Source: a virus
Taxonomy: Duplodnaviria > Caudoviricetes
DNA length: 63,618 nt
Direction: 5' to 3' (one strand)
Virus record (IMG/VR): IMGVR_UViG_3300045116_000460
Coordinates: 1 to 63,618 of that record
The notes under the pieces are model-generated. The model was not told where the DNA came from. It worked only from the letters and a program-made list of their open reading frames with translations, and ran no database searches. Shown in pieces: positions 1 through 9,432 of the stretch. Made by a program: the position numbers and the translations under genes. Numbering within the stretch: position 1 is the stretch's first letter; each line of letters opens with the position of its first letter.

Positions 1-103
1 ATGAACAGACAAACAAACAATAAATAAAATAATAAAAAAAAAAGAAAAGAAAGAAAAAGAAAATTTAGATAAAAATTTATATTGTAAAAAGAAAATATAA
101 ATG

Positions 104-160
104 TTTCGTTTCGTTAATTTTTTTTTTCTTTAAGGGAAAAAAAATTAAGCAAAACCGAAA
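104..160. other. AT-rich imperfect inverted repeat in leading non-coding region
   Basis: TTAATTTTTTTTTTCTTT faces AAGGGAAAAAAAAATTAA, flanked by TTTCG...CGAAA, in a very A-rich stretch. Confidence 0.5.
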
Positions 161-232
161 AAAGTACAAAAGCGTAGCTGATTTGTATCAATTTTAGATG
201 GCGTTAAGTGCAATAACCATGCAATAAAGAAT

Positions 233-248
233 TGGCATGTAAATTGCA
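233..248 (+). promoter_or_regulatory. sigma54 (-24/-12) promoter-like motif
   Basis: TGGCATGTAAATTGCA = GG-N10-GC with TGGCAY and TTGCA cores; intergenic. Confidence 0.6.
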
Positions 249-256
249 ATGAAATA

Positions 257-340
257 TTGCAAAAAGGCATGAAAGAATTGCAAAAAGGCATGAAAGAATT
301 GCAAAAAGGCATGAAAGAATTGCAAAAAGGTATGAAAGAA
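257..340 (+). repeat. 4 x 21-bp tandem direct repeat (TTGCAAAAAGGCATGAAAGAA)
   Basis: Units at 257-277, 278-298, 299-319, 320-340; last has one C>T change; no spacers. Confidence 0.95.
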
Positions 341-366
341 AAAATCTAAGTTTTTTCTAAAAAATC

Positions 367-395
367 TTGACTTAACTCTGTGAGTATGCTAATGT
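367..395 (+). promoter_or_regulatory. sigma70-like promoter with extended -10
   Basis: TTGACT-N17-TAATGT with TGn before -10; shares TGAGTATGCTAA with the promoter at 62899-62928. Confidence 0.45.
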
Positions 396-450
396 CATAA
401 ATCTACTCACGAGAAATCATTACTCAGAAACTTATCATTCAGAGAATTTA

Positions 451-870
451 ATGAAAATCAAAACAATCGTTGAAGATCAGAAACGATACCATATAATCAA
501 TGGCTTGAAAATTGAATGTGGTGGCTCGCAGGATTGTTCACATTGCAATTGGCACCGTGTCGGTGCTATCGAAGAATGGATTGAACTGCATAATCCGATT
601 TGTATTTTGTGTGACGTGAAACCTCCATGTTATTTGTGTGTCCAAGATCGATGTAGAGAATGGCACAAGGATGACGCATTCAACAAAGAATTTGGTACGT
701 ACTATGGGTGCAGAAAGTCAATAGAACGAACTTATTGCGAAGATTTTGAATGTAAATATGGGTTTCTTGGATGGTGGATGCCAGAATGGAGAAAGGCATT
801 TGAAGAAAGAAATAAAGTTATTGAGCGAGAACTTCTAGCTAAATTGCGCAAGGGGTTACCTAAACAATGA
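451..870 (+). CDS. Cys-rich hypothetical protein
   Basis: 139 aa, several CxxC pairs; ATGA overlap with next gene. Confidence 0.7.
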   Translation: MKIKTIVEDQKRYHIINGLKIECGGSQDCSHCNWHRVGAIEEWIELHNPICILCDVKPPCYLCVQDRCREWHKDDAFNKEFGTYYGCRKSIERTYCEDFECKYGFLGWWMPEWRKAFEERNKVIERELLAKLRKGLPKQ

Positions 871-1691
871 CAAATCCGGCGACAAACATGAATTTAATCG
901 AAAGGTTATTTATCAAGAGTCACCACCGATGGGAAGAATATCGACACCCAAAGAAAAAACGAACCAAACTCCAATCAAAAAACTTCAGACCAAATAATCA
1001 GGTACGGCGATATATAAGTAATGAAATTGAACCTATTGTTTTAAAGTACATAAAATCTTTGCTGGTTGAATTGTCATTTGAACGGCCAGTTAGTATTGAT
1101 TTCAATTGGGATTGTGATTGGGAAGTAAATATTATCAAAAACACAACAATCAATTCTAAACATCAAGAATTTGACAGCGATATCGCAATGTGTTCTGGCC
1201 AAGGGGTTTGGAAAATGTCTATAGGCGGTATTGATATACCATATGAACTAAAAACTGAATGGAATATACCAAAAGAGTACATCAGCATTACTCTTACTAA
1301 ACCAAAGTTAGAACGGCTCATGAGAGGCGAATACGTACCTAATGTACCTGGTCATGTACTTATCTATCTCCCAATGCCAAAAAAGAAAGTAGACAATTCT
1401 ATAATTGACCAAGTAAGGAATACTGTTGAGATGTTTATGATGAGAGAAAACCAAAATTCTAATACGATTGGGCTTTCAAAAAAAGAATCTGAAGAAGCAG
1501 AAGAATTTGAACCTCCGCTTTTTACGCCAGAGTATCACGAAATGGAAACAGATATGAAAATAGCTATTTCGGCTCTTGGGTGGAAATGGAAAAATATTGA
1601 CAAGGATAAGATGGACAAATGTATCAGAGGAGCACTTAACAAAGGCGAAAAAGTTGAAGATTGTCTACGCAAATATCTCAAAAAAGAATAA
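867..1691 (+). CDS. hypothetical protein with RuvA domain III-like C-terminus
   Basis: 274 aa; C-terminal AISALGW...VEDCLRKYLK resembles the RuvA C-terminal helical bundle. Confidence 0.55.
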   Translation: MTNPATNMNLIERLFIKSHHRWEEYRHPKKKRTKLQSKNFRPNNQVRRYISNEIEPIVLKYIKSLLVELSFERPVSIDFNWDCDWEVNIIKNTTINSKHQEFDSDIAMCSGQGVWKMSIGGIDIPYELKTEWNIPKEYISITLTKPKLERLMRGEYVPNVPGHVLIYLPMPKKKVDNSIIDQVRNTVEMFMMRENQNSNTIGLSKKESEEAEEFEPPLFTPEYHEMETDMKIAISALGWKWKNIDKDKMDKCIRGALNKGEKVEDCLRKYLKKE

Positions 1692-1695
1692 GGCG

Positions 1696-1711
1696 TGGCA
1701 TGATACTTGCA
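1696..1711 (+). promoter_or_regulatory. sigma54 (-24/-12) promoter-like motif
   Basis: TGGCATGATACTTGCA in the intergenic gap 56 bp before the AAA ATPase start. Confidence 0.65.
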
Positions 1712-1767
1712 CACAAAAGCTACGATAGCAACAAATAATTCTCCGACACAATCAAAAAGAGTGGAAA

Positions 1768-2838
1768 ATGACTGACAGGACTCCAGTATTGCCCAAAGAA
1801 TATCAGTTTGACAATGCTACTCTTACCAGACGCCTGCTCAAAGATTATGGGAAATGCGAATTTGCAGGTAAAAATGCAAAGGACTTGCTTGAATGCAAGA
1901 ATTGCAGTGGTAACATGAGAGGTTCTTGCAAGTCTTATAAAAGCATTCAACCATTTATTCCAAAAGTAGATCCGCATTATAGTCTTGATACAGAAGTTGC
2001 CGAACCTTTAGCTTTTGCTCTATCTGAAAAAGGAATGGATCATTGTTTGCTTGTAGGGCCAAGTGGGTGTGGTAAATCATCTCTAGTTATGATGCTTGCT
2101 GCGATTACTGACTGGGAAGTTGTGCGCTTTTCTTGTAGCGAGGAAACGAGATTGCATCAATTAATCGGGCAATGGGTTGTTGCGGGAAACAAGATGGTGT
2201 GGGTTGATGGATATGCAACTGATGCTCTCCGAAATGGCAAAATACTTCTTGAAGACGAAGCAGATTTTATGCGTCCTGAACTTCGTGGGGCTCTCCATCC
2301 TATTCTTGAACGTGATGGGACAATTACTCTTCAACAAGTTCATCCTGAAACTGGACACACATTTTTGGAAGTCATCGAACGCCACCGCGATTTCAGATGG
2401 ATTTCGACTGCCAATACAATTGGATTGGGCGATGACTCATTCCAGTATCACGGAACTCAATTCATGAATGCCTCTGCTAGAGACCGGTATGCAATCATCA
2501 TAGAAATGGATTACATGGCACCTGAAGATGAAGCCGAGGTTGTGGTTAAAAAAACCGGTGTTGAGGCCGAAGTAGCGTTTAAAATGGCAAAAGTAGCTCA
2601 TGGTATGCGTGAACTAAAGAAAAATAAGGAAACAGACTATATCTTTGGAATGCGAAGATTGCTTTCGTGGGGCAAATATCATAAGTTCTTTACCTATACA
2701 GATCAGTATTATAAGGCAGTAAAACTTTCTCTTACATCATTTGCTACTCCAAAAGATAAAGAAATCATTATTAAAATGATTCGTGCTCATGCTGACCACC
2801 ACTGGGTCAAAGAGATTGAAAAGATAGAGACTACATAA
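1768..2838 (+). CDS. MoxR/CobS/NorQ-like AAA+ ATPase
   Basis: Walker A GPSGCGKS, Walker B-like ILLEDE, ISTANT, MNASARDR; adjacent VWA gene. Confidence 0.9.
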   Translation: MTDRTPVLPKEYQFDNATLTRRLLKDYGKCEFAGKNAKDLLECKNCSGNMRGSCKSYKSIQPFIPKVDPHYSLDTEVAEPLAFALSEKGMDHCLLVGPSGCGKSSLVMMLAAITDWEVVRFSCSEETRLHQLIGQWVVAGNKMVWVDGYATDALRNGKILLEDEADFMRPELRGALHPILERDGTITLQQVHPETGHTFLEVIERHRDFRWISTANTIGLGDDSFQYHGTQFMNASARDRYAIIIEMDYMAPEDEAEVVVKKTGVEAEVAFKMAKVAHGMRELKKNKETDYIFGMRRLLSWGKYHKFFTYTDQYYKAVKLSLTSFATPKDKEIIIKMIRAHADHHWVKEIEKIETT

Positions 2839-2839
2839 A

Positions 2840-4648
2840 ATGAATGAACTTCTTGCAAGAAAGAGTGATGCCCTTAAGGTCATCGCCAAATATCTGGGCG
2901 GAAATTATGGGGTTGAACTTTTATACGACCCGATGGGAAGGTGCATGACGAATGGGAAACAAATCATGGTCCCCATGATGTCAGATGAGACATATGAAGA
3001 GTATGAGGATTTTCTTGTTGGAGTCATTTTTCACGAAACAGGGCATATTGTCCACACTGATTTTGAAATCTATAAAAACGAAAAAAATACAATAATTTAC
3101 TCTCTACTAAATTCGTTGGATGATTATCGAGTCGAAAAATTTAGAAAAGAAGATTTTTACAGTGCCGCATATGAGTTAAAGAAGCTTTATGAATTTGCCA
3201 CTGCAAGGAACAAAATAAAAATTGAAGAAGTTGAATACGATAAATCGTTAGATGACGATCCATCAGAAATGTTATGGGCAATAACATCTTGTATGTCTTT
3301 GAAACTGAATAATATTGATTATAGTTTTTACCCTGAACGAATATGTAAAATAGTTGATGGAACGGAAGATATCCTTGAAGAGTATAAAGCCGGAAATGTT
3401 CTAAGAGATGTGACTGATGGGACAAAACGTGCTCATCAATTTGCAATAAAACTCGAATCGAGATTGCGGGAACTTATTCAACTACAAACACCACCAAAAG
3501 CAAAGGATGAGGACAAACAAAAAACCAAAAATCAAGAAGGTAAAAATCTGGGAAATAAAGACAAAAAAGAAAATCAAAATAAACTAGATGAGGGAACAAA
3601 AGATAAAAATAAAGAAGGCCAAAAGATCGAAGTAAGTATTGAAACATTTGGAAAAATGAAACATTGTAAACCAAAAGATATTTATCATGATATTAAAAGA
3701 GAAATAAAAGAACTGGTCATAACAAACATTACCAAAAATCTTGAACATCATATTCCTCATCCTAAAGTTATAGAGCTTGACCAAGAAGAAATCCCTGCAT
3801 GCTTGGATTCTATTACATTTCAAAGAGAATATAATTTAAAAAAGGAAAAAGTTCAAAAAGAAATAGAATCAATGAAATCAAGAATGCTTTCTTTGCTAAT
3901 GGCTCAAAAACGGGTTCATTTCCTTCCAGATTCTGACCATGGTGAAATTGATATTGCTTCTCTTTACTCTATTCGAAATGGAAACAAAAGGATTTTTGAA
4001 AGACATGCAGTTGGAAGACGAATGAATACGGCAGTTGAGATACTTATTGATTGTTCTGGTTCGATGTCATGCGATGAACGATGTGAAGGTGCAATTAAAG
4101 CTGGAATTGCATGTGGAGAAACGCTCCATTCGCTTGCAATTCCATTTGAAATAACTGGTTTTACAACTGGACATAGTGTTGGTTTGATGGTACCGTTGAC
4201 ACATGAAGAACTCATGAGCTACAATCGATTTGAACCATTAAAGCATCTTATTTTTAAAGAATTCAATGAAAATTTTAGTACAGTAAGATATCGGATTATG
4301 AGAATAGGGGCATTTGCGGGCAATGGTGATCCAGAATCAGTATGGTGGGCTGCATGTAGGCTTTCAAAAAGACGTGAACAAAGAAAAATTTTAATCGTTC
4401 TTAGCGATGGACGACCCGCCATGTCATCGTTGTGTGATGTTGGCCTATTAGAAAAAGAATTGAAGAAAGTTGTTAGGAAAATTATCAAAACTGGGATAGA
4501 GATATATGGTATCGGTATTTATACCGATGCACCAAAAAATTTCTATCCTGACTGGAGCGTCATAAATCGAGATGGAAATATTGCAACAGCGGTTTTTGAT
4601 TGCCTTTCAAAGAAATTGATAAATGGAGCTATCATGAATGAAATTTGA
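2840..4648 (+). CDS. CobT-like VWA-domain protein
   Basis: N-terminal HETGH and DDYRVE; MIDAS DCSGSM; LIVLSDGRP; GIGI. Confidence 0.9.
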   Translation: MNELLARKSDALKVIAKYLGGNYGVELLYDPMGRCMTNGKQIMVPMMSDETYEEYEDFLVGVIFHETGHIVHTDFEIYKNEKNTIIYSLLNSLDDYRVEKFRKEDFYSAAYELKKLYEFATARNKIKIEEVEYDKSLDDDPSEMLWAITSCMSLKLNNIDYSFYPERICKIVDGTEDILEEYKAGNVLRDVTDGTKRAHQFAIKLESRLRELIQLQTPPKAKDEDKQKTKNQEGKNLGNKDKKENQNKLDEGTKDKNKEGQKIEVSIETFGKMKHCKPKDIYHDIKREIKELVITNITKNLEHHIPHPKVIELDQEEIPACLDSITFQREYNLKKEKVQKEIESMKSRMLSLLMAQKRVHFLPDSDHGEIDIASLYSIRNGNKRIFERHAVGRRMNTAVEILIDCSGSMSCDERCEGAIKAGIACGETLHSLAIPFEITGFTTGHSVGLMVPLTHEELMSYNRFEPLKHLIFKEFNENFSTVRYRIMRIGAFAGNGDPESVWWAACRLSKRREQRKILIVLSDGRPAMSSLCDVGLLEKELKKVVRKIIKTGIEIYGIGIYTDAPKNFYPDWSVINRDGNIATAVFDCLSKKLINGAIMNEI

Positions 4649-5159
4649 TGAGGCAATTATAAAATGTAAACCACACATGTATTATGTATACAAACAATAT
4701 TCAATTGATGGATATGATTCAGATGATCTTTATCATGAAACAATTTTATGGTTGATGCGTGATTGGAATACAATTATAACGCTAAAAGAATGTGAAACCA
4801 AAACTGCCATCATAAATAGGGCTTGGTGGGTATGTAATCACCTAAATTATTACCGTCCACGAATTGAACTAGTACCATTTGATGAAGAAAAATTCATACA
4901 ACTTGAAAATATATTAACCGAACACGATATCATGCATATACTAATGAAAGGAAGGGCAAAATTATCGCCTAAAGCATTTAATGTTTTTCGTGCCAAGATT
5001 AGCCCAACTGATGAAATGAAATTGAATATGTCAAGAGAAACCCCTTCGAGACGTGATATCAAAAATTTTCTTGGTTTTTCTGGAAGACCGTATCGTAAAT
5101 TTATGAAAGAAATAAAGGAATTTCTAAAGAATGAAGGTATTTGTCCAAATAAACGATAA
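4638..5159 (+). CDS. putative phage sigma-factor-like protein
   Basis: GYDSDDLYHE resembles sigma region 2; C-terminal HTH-like region 4; 173 aa. Confidence 0.45.
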   Translation: MKFDEAIIKCKPHMYYVYKQYSIDGYDSDDLYHETILWLMRDWNTIITLKECETKTAIINRAWWVCNHLNYYRPRIELVPFDEEKFIQLENILTEHDIMHILMKGRAKLSPKAFNVFRAKISPTDEMKLNMSRETPSRRDIKNFLGFSGRPYRKFMKEIKEFLKNEGICPNKR

Positions 5160-6639
5160 ATACAGCGAGATCGTTGGAACATTGCCAGAAGATCTTGAAA
5201 TTTCTCTACCTAATCTTTTAGGGTATAGGAAAAAAATGAGAGATCAATTTGGTCAATTGACCAATAGATTGTATACTAAATATAACAGGATATCTCGGTC
5301 TGTTCCGGTTGGATTGACCGATAGGCTTGTTAGAGTTATTGAAGAATTTGGATATGAATGTAAAACCCTTGATAAAAGGACTCTTCATCTCGTTAATCCA
5401 GATGATGTACTAAAAAATATCAAGTCATTTCCGATAACTCTTAGGCCGTATCAAAAGAAAGCTTTTATAGTAGGCATACAAGAATCGCTCATGACTTTTT
5501 CCATCGGAACAGGTGGAGGAAAATCGTACTTATTTGCTGCTTTAACAATGGGCATGGATATGAAGTCATTAATTCTCGTAAATCGAGAAGATATTCTTGC
5601 CCAGCATTATAATACTCTTACCAAGATATTCCCTCATAATACAATTGGATTAATTCAAGGGGATACATTAAATTATAATTTCCCGGTTTGCATTGGGATG
5701 GTTCAAACAATCAATGCCAAAATGAATAAAAAAGGCGAACGAGCAAATAATCCTAGATATCGAATAATGAAATATCTTGAAAGCGTGCATTATCTTATTA
5801 GCGATGAGATGCATCACAGTCAGTCTGCAACTTGGAAAAATGTAGTTCGGGCTTGCAAAAACAAGAGGTATCATCATGGATTTAGCGGTAGCCCGTGGGA
5901 CCGTGGAAGTGCAAATCTAGAATTGGAAACAGTATGTGGTTCGATCAAATACAAAATTACATCGAGCGAATTGATAGACCAAGGATGGCTGGCAAGACCA
6001 CATATTATTTTTCACCACTACCCCCATAATGAAAATTATATAACTGGAGGGAACTTTCAAAATCTTTATACAAATACAATAGTTGAAAATAAAGATAGAA
6101 ACAGAGCGGTTGTAAATATTATTGCGGATGAATACCATAACACAGATAGAAAAATACTTGTTATAGTCAATCGAATTAAGCATGGTTATAGTATCATAAA
6201 CATGTTGAGAGAAGTTGGCATAAATGACCGTGAACTTGGGTATCTTCACGGAAGTAAAGGGAAAATTATCAGAGAAAAAGGGAAAGCTAAATTCGAGAAA
6301 GGCGAAATCCGAATTCTTGTTGCCTCTCATATATTCAATGAGGGTATCGATATTCCTTCATGTGACACATTAATCAAGGCCGATGCTCTTGGCGGCGGAG
6401 AAGACATTTATGAATCAGAAGGTATTCGAAGTATGGTTCAACAAATTGGGAGAGTTTTACGGAAACCTATCGAACCAGGAGCATCAGATGTTGATACTTC
6501 AAAAGAGCATATAGTCTACGTGCATGATTTTATAGATAAACAAAATGAATATGTGAAAAAACATACAACCAACAGAATGGATACTTGCAGAAAAGAAATG
6601 GCATTCATTGTAAGAGTAGAAGGAGAAGACCATGATTAA
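5131..6639 (+). CDS. SF2 DExH helicase (UvsW-like)
   Basis: LRPYQ, GTGGGKS, DEMHH, FSGSP, EGIDIP, QQIGRVLR. Confidence 0.92.
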   Translation: MKVFVQINDKYSEIVGTLPEDLEISLPNLLGYRKKMRDQFGQLTNRLYTKYNRISRSVPVGLTDRLVRVIEEFGYECKTLDKRTLHLVNPDDVLKNIKSFPITLRPYQKKAFIVGIQESLMTFSIGTGGGKSYLFAALTMGMDMKSLILVNREDILAQHYNTLTKIFPHNTIGLIQGDTLNYNFPVCIGMVQTINAKMNKKGERANNPRYRIMKYLESVHYLISDEMHHSQSATWKNVVRACKNKRYHHGFSGSPWDRGSANLELETVCGSIKYKITSSELIDQGWLARPHIIFHHYPHNENYITGGNFQNLYTNTIVENKDRNRAVVNIIADEYHNTDRKILVIVNRIKHGYSIINMLREVGINDRELGYLHGSKGKIIREKGKAKFEKGEIRILVASHIFNEGIDIPSCDTLIKADALGGGEDIYESEGIRSMVQQIGRVLRKPIEPGASDVDTSKEHIVYVHDFIDKQNEYVKKHTTNRMDTCRKEMAFIVRVEGEDHD

Positions 6640-6907
6640 TTTTAGAAGAGAAAATAGTAGAATGATTATTGAATTTGATATTGGAGTTGGGAAATATTGC
6701 AATTACCACTTCTATCATAATCTTAGTGATACAGATGACGCCCTTGCTGAACTTTTTATTAAAGAAGCGCAAAATAGGTTCCGTCAAAGAGTTTGTGAAA
6801 TAAGAAAAAAAGCGTATCAAAAAGGTTGGAAAGATGCAAAATGGAAGAAAAGGAAAATAGCAGACTTTTCTTCACGTTTTGACGATCATGATTTTGTAGG
6901 TTGGTGA
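6632..6907 (+). CDS. hypothetical protein
   Basis: GGAG RBS, overlaps upstream stop. Confidence 0.7.
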   Translation: MINFRRENSRMIIEFDIGVGKYCNYHFYHNLSDTDDALAELFIKEAQNRFRQRVCEIRKKAYQKGWKDAKWKKRKIADFSSRFDDHDFVGW

Positions 6908-6923
6908 TAAAGAGGAGGGCAAC

Positions 6924-7424
6924 ATGAAATTAAGAAATTATCGTGAGTCTGAGTCAGTACGAACAAAGTTTTATTATGAACGAACAACAGATGGGACTGA
7001 GTTTCCTGTCGTATCGGTTTGCCTAAAGCATGATACTGCTTCAGGTGAAGTTTCACGAGGAATTGCAATTTGTGCAACAGGGTTAGAGAGTGAACACAGA
7101 AGAAGTAAGAGGACTGGCAGGAATATTGCAGAAACACGAGCAAGATGGGCAATGCTCAATAACGCACAGAACTTAAGAATAAAAAATATTGAACGATTTG
7201 ATCCTGTTGCGCAACAATGCATTGCATGGTACGAATGGAATTGGTATTGCGATAATAGGCCAATGCTTTCTGCTAAGGAACTTAATTTGCTTGGTCTCCC
7301 ATTGAAAGAAAAGAAAGATACCATAGAGACTACATTACAACCTTTACCATCAAAAATTCATGTAGTTGATAGTCGTAATATATTTATGCGATTTTTTGAT
7401 TGGGTTGGGGGTAAATTATCGTGA
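6924..7424 (+). CDS. hypothetical phage protein
   Basis: GAGGAGG RBS; RGIAIC...GRNIA motif. Confidence 0.75.
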   Translation: MKLRNYRESESVRTKFYYERTTDGTEFPVVSVCLKHDTASGEVSRGIAICATGLESEHRRSKRTGRNIAETRARWAMLNNAQNLRIKNIERFDPVAQQCIAWYEWNWYCDNRPMLSAKELNLLGLPLKEKKDTIETTLQPLPSKIHVVDSRNIFMRFFDWVGGKLS

Positions 7425-8167
7425 AACATGTTATTGTAAAAGGCATGACAATTAATGAAGCATGGTTCAAGGCTATTCGATCATGCTTTGCTTTTGGATA
7501 TGATTATAAGATAGATCACGGCGAATATCAAGGTCAATTTAGGCGTGAGTTAGACCTTGTAACTGTCCACATCCGACAACCGTATTTACGACCCCTTGCT
7601 TGTTCGTTACCAAGCATTATCCCAACAACTGATGAAAAAATCGAGAAATATTTCTGGTCGTATCTTTTAGATGAGGACTTTCAAAATAAAGATGAAGAAA
7701 AAAATAATGAGTATAAATATGCTTCGTGGATCGCACCGTCTTGGGAACATTGTTGTGAATTGCTTTCAAAGGGTGGTGGAGGATGTAACCAGGCTACAAT
7801 CAGCCTTGGAAAGGGCGCAAGTGATCCAATTAAGTTTGCCTACCCTCCATGCCTCAGACTTATTGATATGAGACTTCATGATGATGAATTATATTTTATT
7901 GTATATTTTAGATCGTGGGATTTAATTGCAGGTCTCCCAGAAAATATTGGTGGAATTCAACTTCTCAAGGAATCATGTATTGATCTTATAAGTATGTTAT
8001 CAGGAAGATATATTTATGATGGTCCTATTGTGGCGATTTCAAAAGGGCTCCACATCTATGACCATTTTTGGGACCTAGCCAAAAAGGATATAGGACCATA
8101 TGAATATTTGAGATCAGAAGATTCAAATATTCTTACAGCAGAAGGTATTGATGTCATCACTTTTTAG
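7421..8167 (+). CDS. thyA: thymidylate synthase-family protein (short, archaeal/deltaproteobacterial-like type)
   Basis: Catalytic PPC, FRSWD..AGLPEN (Asn specificity residue), SKGLHIY. Confidence 0.8.
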   Translation: MKHVIVKGMTINEAWFKAIRSCFAFGYDYKIDHGEYQGQFRRELDLVTVHIRQPYLRPLACSLPSIIPTTDEKIEKYFWSYLLDEDFQNKDEEKNNEYKYASWIAPSWEHCCELLSKGGGGCNQATISLGKGASDPIKFAYPPCLRLIDMRLHDDELYFIVYFRSWDLIAGLPENIGGIQLLKESCIDLISMLSGRYIYDGPIVAISKGLHIYDHFWDLAKKDIGPYEYLRSEDSNILTAEGIDVITF

Positions 8168-8176
8168 GGGATAAAG

Positions 8177-8737
8177 ATGACAAAAAAAGAAATGTTAAAT
8201 ATAGTTATAGGTGAATTATCAATTTTTTATAATTCAATACCAGCAGAACGATCACTTAAAAAAATCAAAGATATTTTTCAACGATTCAAGACTCTTAAGT
8301 TTGAAAGAGAAGACATTATAGATTATATTGATTTTTGTTACAAACAAATGGAAAAAACAGTGAAAGACGCGGGGCGAAGATCATCAGTGGATTATTTTGT
8401 TGCTATAGTATCATCCGATAAAACTTTTCGACGTTATTTGGACTACCTAAGAGCTAAAGGCGAAGTAGTTAACGAACCCCAGATCGAAGTAAGCCCCTAT
8501 GATGATCCAAACGAAGCGATAACCTTTAATGGCCTTACGTATCACAAGATCATTAGTACTGTAGATAGAGATATTTTTTTGTGCCCAACGGCCATCAAAT
8601 TTTTGATTAGAGATTACAACGACCTCGTACCAAGATTCTATACATTAATGACATACAATGTCAAATATCCTGATAAAAAAATTACTTGGGAAACGATAAA
8701 AGATATTATAAAGGAGAGCGACTTATGCCCTATATAG
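8177..8737 (+). CDS. hypothetical protein
   Basis: 186 aa ORF with GGGG RBS, in operon. Confidence 0.7.
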   Translation: MTKKEMLNIVIGELSIFYNSIPAERSLKKIKDIFQRFKTLKFEREDIIDYIDFCYKQMEKTVKDAGRRSSVDYFVAIVSSDKTFRRYLDYLRAKGEVVNEPQIEVSPYDDPNEAITFNGLTYHKIISTVDRDIFLCPTAIKFLIRDYNDLVPRFYTLMTYNVKYPDKKITWETIKDIIKESDLCPI

Positions 8738-8973
8738 AACAATGGAAAAGGCCAGTATTGGATAAAATTGTTGAGGCAATGGCGGCGGGAACAGTATTTC
8801 CAGACGGAAGACTTAACTATGTATTATTTAAACTTTGCAAAGATACGGTAGTCCCAGGGTACAACAACTACAAGAATTTTATTGGTGAATTGAATGAATG
8901 TATCGCTGAAATTAGAAGGCGGCTTCTGGCTCCCTATGAAGATGAAAAATGCAGAATCAATGGTGATGTCTAA
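8725..8973 (+). CDS. conserved phage protein (MPYI...LNY...PYEDEK..NGDV; DUF6899-like)
   Basis: AAGGAG RBS before ATG 8725; recognisable motif pattern. Confidence 0.65.
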   Translation: MPYIEQWKRPVLDKIVEAMAAGTVFPDGRLNYVLFKLCKDTVVPGYNNYKNFIGELNECIAEIRRRLLAPYEDEKCRINGDV

Positions 8974-8987
8974 GGGAGGATTATTAT

Positions 8988-9431
8988 ATGCAGATAGCCT
9001 ATATATCAGGCAAATACAGATCTAAAACACCTCATGGGATGAGAGTGAATATTATTAGAGCAGAAGCAATTGCCATGAAGTATTGGAAACTTGGATGCTC
9101 TGTAATATGCCCACACAAAAATACCGCATTCATGGACAATTCAGATGTCTCAGACGCTCATTTTCTCAAAGCTGATTTGGAATTGATTGAAAGATGTGTT
9201 GATGTAATCATTATGGTACCTGGATGGGAAGATAGTGAAGGAGCGATATTAGAGCACAAGACAGCAATTGATCGTGGCATTGAAGTTATTTATGAAACCG
9301 AAGAAACAATCAACAAATATCTTTCATCACACCCTTGCGGAAGTGTTACTATGCTACAAGACAGTAACCTCGATAATGAGAGGATCGTTTTTGAGGCAGT
9401 AAAACTATTGCTTGACGAAGAAAAAAAATAA
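8988..9431 (+). CDS. DUF4406/DUF1937-like protein (nucleoside deoxyribosyltransferase fold)
   Basis: YISG.Y, ICPHKN, DLELIERC.D, PGWEDSEGA..E...A. Confidence 0.75.
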   Translation: MQIAYISGKYRSKTPHGMRVNIIRAEAIAMKYWKLGCSVICPHKNTAFMDNSDVSDAHFLKADLELIERCVDVIIMVPGWEDSEGAILEHKTAIDRGIEVIYETEETINKYLSSHPCGSVTMLQDSNLDNERIVFEAVKLLLDEEKK

Positions 9432-9432
9432 T

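Noticed and set aside
257-340. CRISPR array
   Set aside because: Repeats are contiguous with no unique spacers, and no cas genes are present
1768-4648. Cobaltochelatase (true cobalamin biosynthesis) or a sigma54 activator
   Set aside because: No CobN or other cob genes; the ATPase has no GAFTGA loop
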